DNA from: Anaeramoeba ignava BMAN
Lineage: Eukaryota; Protista; Anaeramoebae
Reading direction: 5' to 3'
Length of the DNA: 64,000 bases
NCBI GenBank assembly: GCA_028826165.1
Contig: JAPDFW010000100.1
Coordinates: 124,001-188,000, forward strand
Made by a program: the position numbers and the translations under genes. The notes beneath the pieces are model-generated. The model saw only the letters and a program-made list of their open reading frames with translations, did no database searches and had not been told where the DNA came from. Shown here piece by piece: positions 14,301 through 26,647 of the stretch (its first letter is position 1; every line of letters starts with the position of its first letter).

Positions 14301-15126
14301 TCCCAATTCTTGCTTCAAATTCCAAAACGAAACACAAATCCGGGAGTCGAATTTGGCTGGGATCTCGTTTTTATTAGATTTGCAGAATTTAAGCAACTGT
14401 TTTTATTCGCCAGAAATGAGCGAAATTTTGTTTAGTTGTGGATATTGGGACAACAGCTTCAAAATCACGAATTTGCAGACTCGTGAATGTTTGCAATCAA
14501 TGATTTGGCACAGGGACATTGTCACCTGTTTGAAATTCGATGGCAACTTTTTAGTAACAGGCTCAAAAGACACAACGCTTGTTGTTTGGGATTGCAATTT
14601 TGTATCCGGAACAAAACCGTTTTTGGATTTTCCCAGAAATATTTTATGTGAGCATCAAGACGAAGTTATGTGTCTTGATATAAGCCAAGATTTGGACATG
14701 ATTGTTTCAGGTTCCTGCGATGGAACATGCATCATTCACACTCTGAGAAAACCCAAATTTGTTCGATATTTGCATAAATTCTCATCAAGTGTCACGATGA
14801 TCCAAATTGCTCTCAATGGGAATATTGTTGTTTACTGCCAACAAGACAACAAGGTTTCTGTTTTTACTATTAACGGCAAGTTTCTTTCACACAAAGTTTT
14901 GGATGAGAAGATTCAATGCTGGTGTTTGACTTCCAATTCTCAGTTTTTGATTTTTGGAACAAATGAAGGAAGAGTTCATTTTTTGTTTCTTGATTCGCTT
15001 TCTGTTTTTACTTCTTTTTCTGTTGGTGAACCAATTAAATCTGTTACTTTGACAAAAGATGAACAATTTTTGTTAATTGGTTCTGAAGAAGGGAATATTC
15101 ATTTTGTTTTATTTTCATTTAGATGA
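5328..15126 (+). CDS. BEACH-domain protein (neurobeachin/LRBA/Lvs-like): ConA-like domain, PH-BEACH, WD40; multi-exon
   Basis: BEACH motifs [55 protein letters not shown] and HNWIDLIFGYKQQG; ConA-like GYSFCTWFRFE; WD40 LVTGSKDTTLVVWD. The 5' exons join via GT-AG introns (5496-5567, 5785-5850, two more at about 6020-6330, about 7407-7482), and there is a further intron at 13409-13477. Confidence 0.92.
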
Positions 15127-15293
15127 TTTCTTCACAATTTTTTGAAGATTTGATCTAATTTTTTTTTTTTAAGATTTGGAATAAAATCGAACGAAAATTT
15201 TGAATATTTTTATTTTAAATATTTATTTTAAATATTTATTTTAAATTTTTATTTTAAAATATTTATTTTAAATTTTTATTTTAAATTTTTATT

Positions 15294-16904
15294 TTAAAGA
15301 TCTAAAATGTATTTTAAAGATTCTTCTAATATTTCTTCTTGTGTAAGTTTTGCATCAATAAAATGTACTTGATAATTTCGACATGTTGAATATTTTGGAG
15401 CTTCAATTTTAACAACTTCATTAAAATATCTTTCTTTCCAATCTTCTGAAGGTTCTTCATTTTCCAAATGATAATAATGTGGTTCATCAAATCTAGCCAT
15501 TCTTCTTTGAAACATTTCATCTGTATCAACTTGAAGATAAATCATTTTATCAAATAATTTAACAATTTCTTCATCTTCGAATAACATATATCCTTCTACT
15601 ATCACAAAATTATCATTATCAAATTCTTTTTCATTTTCATTTTCAAATTCTTTTTCAATTTCTTTTTTTTCAATTTGATTTTGATTTTGATTTTGATTTT
15701 GATTTTGATTTTGATTTTGATTTTGATTTTGATTTTGATTTTGATTTTGATTTTCATTTTCATTTTGATTTTCATTTTCATTTTGAATTTGATTTTGATT
15801 TTGATTTTGATTTTTTGATTTTGATTTTGAATTTGATTTTGATTTTGATTTTGATTTTGATTTTGATTTTGAATTTGATTTTGATTTTGATTTTGATTTT
15901 GATTTTGATTTTCAATTTGAATTTGATTTTGAATTTGATTTTGATTTTGATTTTGATTTTGATTTTGATTTTGATTTTGATTTTGATTTTGATTTTGATT
16001 TTGATTTTGATTTTGATTTTGATTTTGATTTTGATTTTGAATTTGATTTTGATTTTGATTTTGATTTTGAATTTGATTTTGATTTTGATTTTGATTTTGA
16101 TTTTGATTTTGATTTTCAATTTGATTTTGATTTTGATTTTCAATTTGATTTTGATTTTGATTTTGATTTTGATTTGATTTTCATTTTCAATTTGATTTTG
16201 ATTTTGAATTTGATTTTGATTTTGATTTTGATTTTCAATTTGATTTTGATTTTGATTTTGATTTTGATTTTGATTTTGATTTTGATTTTGATTTTGATTT
16301 TGATTTTGATTTTGATTTTGATTTTGATTTTGATTTTGATTTTGATTTTGATTTTGATTTTGAATTTTTGATTTTGATTTTGATTTTGATTTTGATTTTG
16401 ATTTTGATTTTGATTTTGATTTTGATTTTGATTTTGATTTTGATTTTGATTTTGATTTTGATTTTGATTTTGATTTTCGAATTTGATTTTGATTTTGATT
16501 TTGATTTTCAATTTGATTTTGATTTTGATTTTGATTTTGAATTTGATTTTGATTTTGAATTTGATTTTGATTTTGATTTTCAATTTCAATTTGAATTTGA
16601 TTTTGAATTTGATTTGATTTTGATTTTGATTTTCATTTTCATTTTGATTTGATTTATAATATTTCACACGAAGAATTGCATTTTTTAAGGCTTCCCAATC
16701 AATTATTTCTGGTGATTCCCAATTCTTCCATAATCTTGTTGGAGATTTAAAAATAGGAATTGTTTTATTTCTTAAAATAAATTCATCTTGTTCAATAATT
16801 TTATTTTTAAGTTTTAATTTTTTTCTTAATTTATAAGCTAATGTTGATTTTCCTGCACAAGTTGGACCTCCAATAGCAATAATAACTCTATTTTTTGTAA
16901 ACAT
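15294..16904 (-). CDS. Nicotinamide riboside kinase / uridine kinase-like P-loop kinase interrupted by ~1 kb (AAAATC)n
   Basis: N-half IAIGGPTCAGKSTLA...IIEQDEF...NWESPEIIDWEAL; C-half IVEGYMLF...KLFDKMIYL...RRMAR. These are NRK/UK family motifs. Confidence 0.75.
15672..16652. repeat. (GATTTT)n hexamer microsatellite, about 160 units
   Basis: Directly visible; reads as NQ dipeptide in the kinase frame at both ends. Confidence 0.95.
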
Positions 16905-17114
16905 ATTTTTTTAATTAAAAAAAAAAAGAAAAAAAATAAATTAAATATATTTCTCCTTTTTTTATTTTAATTTTTTTTTCTCCTTTTTTTTTTATTTTTT
17001 TTTTTATTTTGATCTTTTAAAAAAAAAATTTTTTTTTTTATTTTTATTTTTTTAATTAAATTTTTTTTATTTTATTTTCATTTTTTTCATTTTTTTTTTC
17101 TATTTTTTTTATCA

Positions 17115-17886
17115 AGTAATTAAATTAAATTAAATTAAAAATTTTTTTTTTGCTTTTTTTTTATATTTATTTATAACTCACACTTATTCTTACTTTTTCT
17201 TTTTTATTTTCTTTTTTATTTTCTTTTTTTTTTTCTTTTTTTTTTCCTTTTTTTTTCTTTTTCTTTATATTTTAGTGGCACAAGAGTGGAGTTCAAGTCT
17301 TTTTGGATGTTTTGGAGATTTTAATATTTGTAAATAAAAAATAAAAAATGCATAAAATATAAAAAAAAAATATAAAAAAAAAATAATTTTTTTTACCACA
17401 ACAAAAAAAAAACAAAACAAGACATTTATATAAAAATAAAAAATAAAAATAAAAAAAAATAAAACAAAACAAGAATAAGACATTTACAAATAAAAATAAA
17501 TAAATAAAAATAATCCAAAAAACATTTAAATAATTTTGACTCATTTTTTTTAAACGTTATTTTTTTTTATTTATTTTTATTTATTAATTTATTTATTAAT
17601 TTTTTTATTAATTTTAATTTAAAATAAAAAAGGTCTTTGTGGGACATGTTGCCCACCAATTTTAGCAGCACGAAATAAAGCAGGAATTGATGGAAGAGAT
17701 TGCACAATTTGCGATTGCATTTGTTGTCCAAGAGAATTTTACACAAGAGCACAAATTCGTTCACAATACGGACTTGGAGAAGCTGTTATGACTGATTGCT
17801 TAATGTCTTGGTTATGTGGTCCTTGTGTTGCTTGCCAAGATGGAAGAGAAATCCAAATTCGTGGACAAATTTCTGGAAAGAACTAA
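17115..17886 (+). CDS. PLAC8-family cysteine-rich protein; introns 17116-17275 and 17330-17632
   Basis: Spliced translation MAQEWSSSLFGCFGDFNICLCGTCCPPILAARNKAGIDGRDCTICDCICCPREFYTRAQIRSQYGLGEAVMTDCLMSWLCGPCVACQDGREIQIRGQISGKN*. It matches the PLAC8 pattern WSSGLxxCxxD, CCP, RxxIRxxYG, DC, CxPCxxCQxxRE. Not in the ORF track. Confidence 0.9.
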
Positions 17887-18229
17887 GCTTTTTTTTTTTT
17901 CTTAATCTTTACTTTACTTTACTTTACTTTCTTTTCTAATTCATTCTTTCCTTTTTTGCTTGATTCCTTTTTTCCGTTTTTTCTTTTCTTTATTTTTTAC
18001 TTTTTTTTTTGAATTTTTTTTTACTTTACTTTACTTTACTTTTTTTTTTTTTGCTTTTGATTTGATTTGATTTTTTTTTACTTTTCAAATTTGATTCTTC
18101 TATTTCTCACTAAAAAGAATCACAGCAAAATATTTTCTATTTTTCTATTTTTCTATTTTAAATTTCTTATTCATTTTTAATCCCTTTTCTTATTTATTTT
18201 TTTTTTTTTTTTTTTTCAATTAGATCATT

Positions 18230-21200
18230 TTTAATTTAATAATCAATTTTATAAATTAATTTAAAAATATAATTTAATAATTAATTTTTTATTAAAATAA
18301 TAATTTAATGTTTTAAATTTAAATATTTTATTTATTAATTATTTAACACATAAATATAAAAAATAAGAATAAATTTAATTTAATATTTAATTTATAAATT
18401 AATTTAAAAATATAATTTAATATTTAATTTTATTATTAAAATAATAATTTATTGTTTTAGATTTAAATATTTTATTTATTAATTATTTAACACAAAAATA
18501 TCAAAAATAAGAATAGATTTTAATTTAATATTTAATTTATAAATTAATTTAAAAATATAATTTAATAATTAATTTTATTATTAAAATAATAATTTAATGT
18601 TTTAAATTTAAATATTTTCTTTATTAAATATTTAACACAAAAATATAAAAATGAAAATAAATTTAATTTAATATTTTAATTAATAAATTAATTTAAAAAT
18701 ATAATTTAATAATTAATTTTATTATTAAAATAATAATTTAATGTTTTTAAATTTAAATATTTTTATTTATTAAATATTTAACATATAAATATAAAAAATG
18801 AGAATAGATTTAATTTAATATTTAATTTATAAATTAATTTAAAAATATAATTTAATATTTAATTTTATTATTAAAATAATAATTTATTGTTTTAGATTTA
18901 AATATTTTCTTTATTAATTATTTAACATAAAAATATAAAAATGGGAATAGATTTAATTTAATATTTAATTAATAAATTAATTTAAAAATATGATTTTAAT
19001 AATTAATTTTATTAAAATAATAATTTATTGTTTTAAATTTAAATATTTTCTTTATTAAATATTTAACATATAAATATAAAAATAAAATAGATTTAATTTA
19101 ATATTTAATTTATAAATTCCAACTTAAAAATATAATTTAATATTTAATTTTATTATTAAAATAATAATTTATTGTTTTAAATTTAAATATTTTCTTTATT
19201 AAATATTTAACATAAATATAAAAATAAGAATAGATTTAATTTAATATTTAATTAATAAATTAATTTAAAAATATAATTTAATATTTAATTTTCATTATTA
19301 AAATAATAATTTAATGTTTTATATTTAAATATTTTCTTTATTAAATATTTAACATATAAAAATATCAAAAATAAGAATAGATTTAATTTAATAATTAATT
19401 AATAAATTAATTTAAAAATATAATTTAATATTTAATTTTATTATTAAAATAATAATTTATTGTTTTAGATTTAAATATTTTCTTTATTAATTATTTAACA
19501 TATAAATATAAAAATAAGAATAGATTTAATTTAATATTTAATTTATAAATTAATTTAAAAATATAATTTAATATTTAATATTATTATTAAAATAATAATT
19601 TATTGTTTTAAATTTAAATATTTTTATTATTTAAATATTTAAAACATATAAATATAAAAATGGGAATAGATTTAATTTAATATTTAATTAATAAATTAAT
19701 TTAAAAATATGATTTAATAATTAATTTTTATTAAAATAATAATTTATTGTTTTAAATTTAAATATTTTATTATTTAAATATTTAACATAAAAATATAAAA
19801 ATAAGAATAGATTTAATTTAATATTTAATTAATAAATTAATTTAAAAATATAATTTAATAATTAATTTTTATTATTAAAATAATAATTTATTGTTTTAAA
19901 TTTAAACATTTTCTTTATTAAATATTTAACATATAAATATAAAAATAAGAATAGATTTGATTTAATAATTAATTTATAAATTAATTTAAAAATATAATTT
20001 AATAATTAATTTTATTATTAAAATAATAATTTATTGTTTTAAATTTTAAACATTTTCTTTATTAAATATTTAACACAAAAATATAAAAATAAGAATAGAT
20101 TTAATTTAATATTTAATTAATAAATTAATTTAAAAATATAATTTAATATTTAATTTTATTATTAAAATAATAATTTATTGTTTTAAATTTAAATATTTTT
20201 TTATTTAAATATTTAACATATAAATATAAAAATAAGAATAGATTTAATTTAATATTTAATTTATAAATTAATTTAAAAATATAATTTAATAATTAATTTT
20301 ATTATTAAAATAATAATTTATTGTTTTAAATTTAAATATTTTCTTTATTAAATATTTAACACAAAAATATAAAAATAAGAATAGATTTAATTTAATATTT
20401 AATTTATAAATTAATTTAAAAATATAATTTAATATTTAATTTTATTATTAAAATAATAATTTATTGTTTTAAATTTAAATATTTTCTTTTTATTAATTAT
20501 TTAACATATAAATATAAAAATAAGAATAGATTTAATTTAATATTTAATTTATAAATTAATTTAAAAATATAATTTAATAATTAATTTTATTATTAAAATA
20601 ATAATTTATTGTTTTAAATTTAAACATTTTCTTTATTAAATATTTAACATATAAATATAAAAATGAAAATAAATTTAATTTAATATTTAATTTATAAATT
20701 AATTTAAAAATATAATTTAATAATTAATTTTATTATTAAAATAATAATTTATTGTTTTAAATTTAAATATTTTATTTATTAAATATTTAACATATAAATA
20801 TAAAAATAAGAATAGATTTAATTTAATATTTAATTTATAAATTAATTTAAAAATATAATTTAATATTTAATTTTATTATTAAAATAATAATTTATTGTTT
20901 TAAATTTAAATATTTTCTTTATTAATTATTTTAACATATAAATATCAAAAAAATAAGAATAGATTTAATTTAATATTTAATTTATAAATTAATTTAAAAA
21001 TATAATTTAATATTTTAATTTTATTATTAAAATAATAATTTAATGTTCTAGATTTTAAATATTTTATTATTTAAATATTTAACATAAAAATATAAAAATA
21101 AGAATAGATTTAATTTAATATTTAATTTTATAAATTAATTTAAAAATATAATTTAATATTTAATTCCATTATTAAAATAATAATTTAATGTTTTAAATTT

Positions 21201-23050
21201 AAATATTTTCTTTATTAAATATTTAACATAAAAATATAAAAATGGGAATAGATTTAATTTAATATTTAATTTATAAATTAATTTAAAAATATAATTTAAT
21301 AATTAATTTTATTATTAAAATAATAATTTATTGTTTTAAATTTAAATATTTTCTTTATTAATTATTTAACATATAAATATAAAAATAAGAATAGATTTAA
21401 TTTAATATTTAATTTATAAATTAATTTAAAAATATAATTTAATATTTAATTTTATTATTAAAATAATAATTTAATGTTTTAGATTTAAATATTTTATTTA
21501 TTAATTATTTAACACATAAATATAAAAATGAAAATAAATTTAATTTAATACAATAAATAATTTAAAAATATAATTTAATAATTTAATTTTATTATTAAAA
21601 TAATAATTTATTGTTTTAAATTTAAATATTTTCTTTTATTAATTATTTAACATATAAATATAAAAATGGGAATAGATTTAATTTAATATTTAATTAATAA
21701 ATTAATTTAAAAATATAATTTAATAATTAATTTTATTATTAAAATAATAATTTATTGTTTTAGATTTAAATATTTTATTTATTAATTATTTAACACATAA
21801 ATATCAAAAATAAGAATAGATTTAATTTAATATTTAATTTATAAATTAATTTAAAAATATATTTTAATATTTAATTTTATTATTAAAATAATAATTTATT
21901 GTTTTAAATTTAAATATTTTCTTTATTAAATATTTAACATATAAATATAAAAATGAGAATAGATTTAATTTAATATTTAATTAATAAATTAATTTAAAAA
22001 TATAATTTATTATTTAATTTTATTATTAAAATAATAATTTAATGTTTTAGATTTAAATATTTTCTTTATTAATTATTTAACACAAAAATATAAAAATAAG
22101 AATAAATTTAATTTAATATTTAATTTATAAATTAATTTAAAAATATAATTTAATAATTAATTTTTATTATTAAAATAATAATTTATTGTTTTAAATTTAA
22201 ACATTTTCTTTATTAAATATTTAACATATAAATATAAAAATGAAAATAGATTTGATTTAATATTTAATTTATAAATTAATTTAAAAATATAATTTAATAT
22301 TTAATTTTATTATTAAAATAATAATTTATTGTTTTAAATTTAAATATTTTCTTTATTAAATATTTAACATAAAAATATAAAAATAAGAATAGATTTGATT
22401 TAATATTTAATTTATAAATTAATTTAAAAATATAATTTAATATTTAATTTTATTATTAAAATAATAATTTATTGTTTTAAATTTAAATATTTTCTTTATT
22501 AAATATTTAACATATAAATATAAAAAATAAGAATAGATTTAATTTAATATTTAATTTATAAATTAATTTAAAAATATAATTTAATATTTAATTTTATTAT
22601 TAAAATAATAATTTATTGTTTTATATTTAAATATTTTCTTTTTATTAAATAAATATAAAAATAAAAATAAGAATAGATTTAATTTAATATTTAATTTATA
22701 AATTAACGAAAAATATAATTTAATATTTAATTTCATTATTAAAATAATAATTTATTGTTTTAGATTTAAATATTTTTATTATTTAATTATTTAACATATA
22801 AATATAAAAAATAAGAATAAGTTTAATTTAATATTTAATTTATAAATCAATTTAAAAATATAATTTAATATTTAATTCCATTATTAAAATATTAATTTAA
22901 TGTTTTAGATTTAAATATTTTCTTTATTAATTATTTAACATAAAAATATAAAAAATAAGAATAGATTTAATTTAATATTTAATTTATAAATTAATTTAAA
23001 AATATAATTTAATATTTAATTTCATTATTAAAATAATAATTTAATGTTTT
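18230..23050. repeat. 143-bp tandem satellite, about 33-34 copies, almost pure A/T
   Basis: Unit ATTTAACATATAAATATAAAAATAAGAATAGATTTAATTTAATATTTAATTTATAAATTAATTTAAAAATATAATT...TTGTTTTAAATTTAAATATTTTCTTTATTAAAT; period measured from 20211 to 20354. Confidence 0.95.
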
Positions 23051-23365
23051 AAATGAAAATGAAAAAGAAAAAGATTTTATAATTGAAAGAAAAGAAAAAC
23101 AATATAAATTCCCAAATTAATATTAATAATGAGAAGTGAATTATATCGAGGAATGTTTTTATCTGTAACAAATGATACTTCTAATAAAGTTACAGATTAT
23201 AGTGAATTAAGTAATAAATCATTTCAAATATTTGAATATTGGATTTATTCAAATCGAATCAAAACTGAAATCAAAATTAAAATTAAAATTAAGAATCAAA
23301 ATAGGAATTGATTATTTTCAATTAAATCAAACAAATCCAAAATTTATTTGATTTATTAATTTTAA
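23046..23365 (+). pseudogene. 3' fragment of an RCC1-BTB paralog
   Basis: LNENEKEKDFIIERKEKQYKFP, frameshift, then MRSELYRGMFLSVTNDTSNKVTDYSELSNKSFQIFEYWIYSN. Nearly identical to the C-terminus of 3036-5243, with no 5' part. Confidence 0.85.
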
Positions 23366-23640
23366 AATATGTGATCAAAAAAGAATAATTAATTGAAAAA
23401 TTTTTTGGAAAAGAAAAAATTGTGGAAAAACATATTTTTAATTAAAATTAAAATTAAAATTGAATTCAAAATTAAAATTAAGAATCAAAATAGGAATTGA
23501 TTATTTTCAATTAAATCAAACAAATCCAAAATTTATTTGATTTATTAAAATTAAAATATGTGATCAAAAAAGAATAATTAATTGAAAAATTTTTTGAAAA
23601 GAAAAAATTGTGGAAAAACATATTTTTAATTAAAATTAAG
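23270..23640. repeat. Tandem duplication of about 190 bp covering the pseudogene 3' end and flank
   Basis: AAGAATCAAAATAGGAATTGATTATTTTCAATTAAATCAAACAAATCC occurs at 23291 and 23480. Confidence 0.85.
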
Positions 23641-23767
23641 AAAATAAAAAAGATCATATTAAATAAAAATTAAAAAAAAACACGAAAGAAAATGATCAAT
23701 TAGAAAATTTAATTTTCTTAATTTTTCATTTTTCATTTTTCATTTTTCATTTTTTTTTACTTTTAAA

Positions 23768-26614
23768 ATGGATTTTTCTTCTTATAATTTATCAACAACA
23801 AATGCAACTGAATTATTTGCAAAAACTTATTTTGTTACAACAGACAATTCTTTATTAAATTTAAATATGAATATGAATATGAATTTGAATTTAAATTTAA
23901 ATACAAATTTTGATGAAAAGATAACTTGGTTAGAATTACCTTCTATTATTCAAGATAATTTCGCAAAAGGAACTTCTTCTTTTGAAGTAAAAAAAGAAAA
24001 AAATCATTCCGTTAAAATTAAAAAAAAAATTTTTTTTTCTTTTTAATTAATTTTTAATTTAGATTGATTTAAAAATGAATAATAATTTAACTAAAAAAGC
24101 TGTATTAATGTTAAATAAAGATGGTTTATCTTTATCTTCACAATCCGATTCTATATTCTTTATCAAAAAATCTTTTATAGATCATCCACTTTTAGATGTA
24201 AATTTTCTTCTTCTTTAATTTATTTAAATTGATAAAAAATTTACATTTAAAAAAAAAAAAAATAAAAGGTTAAAATTTCAACTAAACAAGAAAATCTTGC
24301 TAGATTAGATATTTCACAAGATCAATGTTTTTTATTTGTTCCCAAAAATAGATATGAAAGATATATTATTTATAAAACTTTTCAAATGTTAAAATTTTAT
24401 CATCAATTTGATTTAAATCATTTAAATTCTTCTATTAATATTGATTCAAATATTCTTGGAGGTAAATAATGAAAAAATAGTATTGATTCAAATCAAAAAC
24501 TCATGAATTTTTTGATTAATTTTTTGATTAATTTTTAAAGAAAATCAAGAAATTGAAGCGATTGCTTTAAGAATATTTGTTTCTTCAAAACCAAAGTTTC
24601 AAGTTTTTTTAAATTCAAAAACGAACCAAAATATTCCATGTGAAATTACTTTAACAAAGAAATCAATCAAAATATTTTCTGAAAATAGTATTGATATGAG
24701 TTTAAAATGGACACAAATTACATCAGTAAAATTTTTTCCAATTAAAAATCCAGAAAAAAATTTTTTTAAATTAATTAAATAATTAAAATAGTTTTCTCAA
24801 AACGAATCAAGTTTATCCATTCATTTAACTAATTTTAAAACAATTTCGTTTAATTGCACATCAACAAATTTATCGAGAATACTTCACAATTCAATTTACA
24901 ATTATTATCATTCAAATTCTTATTCACAACCGCTTAAGAATGAACAAATTATTAAAAATTTAAGTACAAAATCAAATTCAAAAGAGAGTTTTGATAAGCA
25001 ATCCAAAAAAGACAACCTTTCAACAGAAACATTATCACAAGAAAGCACAGTTGATATCAAAGTAGATTTTGAACAACTGCCAATTATTCCAATTACAGAA
25101 TTTGAAAATATTTCAGATGAACAATTTGTTTTTCGAGTTAAAACAAAACAAAAAATGGGAGTTAAAAAGGAGACTTTTTTTGCATTTTCTAAAACTGGAG
25201 TTACAGTTATAAGTAATGAACAATTATCAGTTCATATTATTACATCACGAACTCAAGTAAAATTCAAATATAAAAATTAAAATATAAAATTTAAATATAA
25301 AATTATAAATGTAAAAATTCAAATATAAAAGTTCCACTCTCAAAGTGAAAGAAAAGCTTTAGTTATTATGGATGATAAAACTGAATATCATATCAAATTT
25401 CATGATGTTACTCAAAAAAATATCTTCCATCAAATTATTGATTTTTGTCAAAAAGAAGCTCAAAAAACAAATAATAATTCAAAAGAATCAAACAAATATT
25501 TCGCAGCAGAAATTATCAATTTGGAAAAAAAACAAGCTCAAAAAGGAACAATAATCTTCCAAAAAAACACACTTAGTATTGCTCTTCACAAAAGCAATCC
25601 AATTGTAGTTCCTTTTAATGAATCAAATTTAGTATGAAAATAATTTAATTTAATTTAATTTTTCAATTCAAAAAAATTCTTATTGTTTTTCTTTTTTTTT
25701 AAAAAAAAAATAAGTCCATTTCAGAAAATCCAACTTCATCTATTGTTATAATTCAATTCCAAATCAAAGAAAAAAATCAATTTGCTCTTAAATTTTTTAG
25801 CAATTCCCAATATTCAAAATTCCTTAATCTTCTCCAATCCAAAATGCAAAAAAATCAAATTATAAATGAAAATAAAGAAAATCAAATTATAAATGAAAAT
25901 CAAAATCAAAATCAAAATCAAAATCAAATTATAAATGAAAATCAAAATCAAATTGAAAACGAAGAAAAAAACATAAATTTAACTCAAGATGAAATGCAAA
26001 GCGATGAATTTGAAGATTATCAAGTTTCACAGAATGAAGAATCAATTTTTGAAGTTTCATTCCGATTTTCAAAAACAAAAATATTATCAGGAATCATTCT
26101 TATGACACAAAAAAGAGAAATGTTCATTGAAATCCAAGAATCAAAGAAACAATACACAATCAAAAAAACAACGAAAATATTCCACAGTCAAAAAAATAGC
26201 AAAACTGCAAAAATTCAAATTGACGAAAAAACACATTTTGTAGTTACTTTCGCATCAAAAGAAAAAAGACAAGAATTCACTGATCTTCTCAATTCACTCA
26301 CAATCGGAATCAATGTGGAATATCCATATGATTTCGGACAAATTTCCTCTTACAAAATGGAATTTCTTGATACAAATTTCAAAAGTGTTAAATCTGGATG
26401 GATTTTATTATTTGATGATTATCTTCAACTTTGTGAAAATCAACCAAATGAAAATTCTCCAATTTTTTCTTATGAAGAATCAAAGCTTTTCAAACATCCA
26501 CAAATACACGCAGTTGTAAAAATTGAATCCAACACTGATACTGCTGTGATTCGTTTTCTTAACGTTGAAGATTGCGACAAGTTTTTTGATGATTTAAAAG
26601 TTTTGAAAGAATAA
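23768..26614 (+). CDS. Uncharacterised 7-exon protein with about six tandem PH-like modules
   Basis: GT-AG introns 23987-24062, 24198-24268, 24462-24540, 24726-24791, 25257-25331 and 25632-25714 give one continuous frame linking the ORFs at 23768, 25368 and 25844. Repeated beta-rich modules end in a helix (e.g. FVVTFASKEKRQEFTDLL, AVIRFLNVEDCDKFFDDL). Confidence 0.7.
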
Positions 26615-26647
26615 TTTTTTTTTTATTAATTTTTTTTTCTCTTTTTA

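Noticed and set aside
8119-14597. Numerous 60-145 aa antisense or overlapping ORFs within BEACH (also within USP, actinin and Ras genes)
   Set aside because: Shadow ORFs with no recognisable motifs, opposite or out of frame with well-supported genes
15778-16652. ORFs of poly-IK, poly-IL and poly-DF
   Set aside because: Alternative-frame and antisense readings of the (GATTTT)n microsatellite
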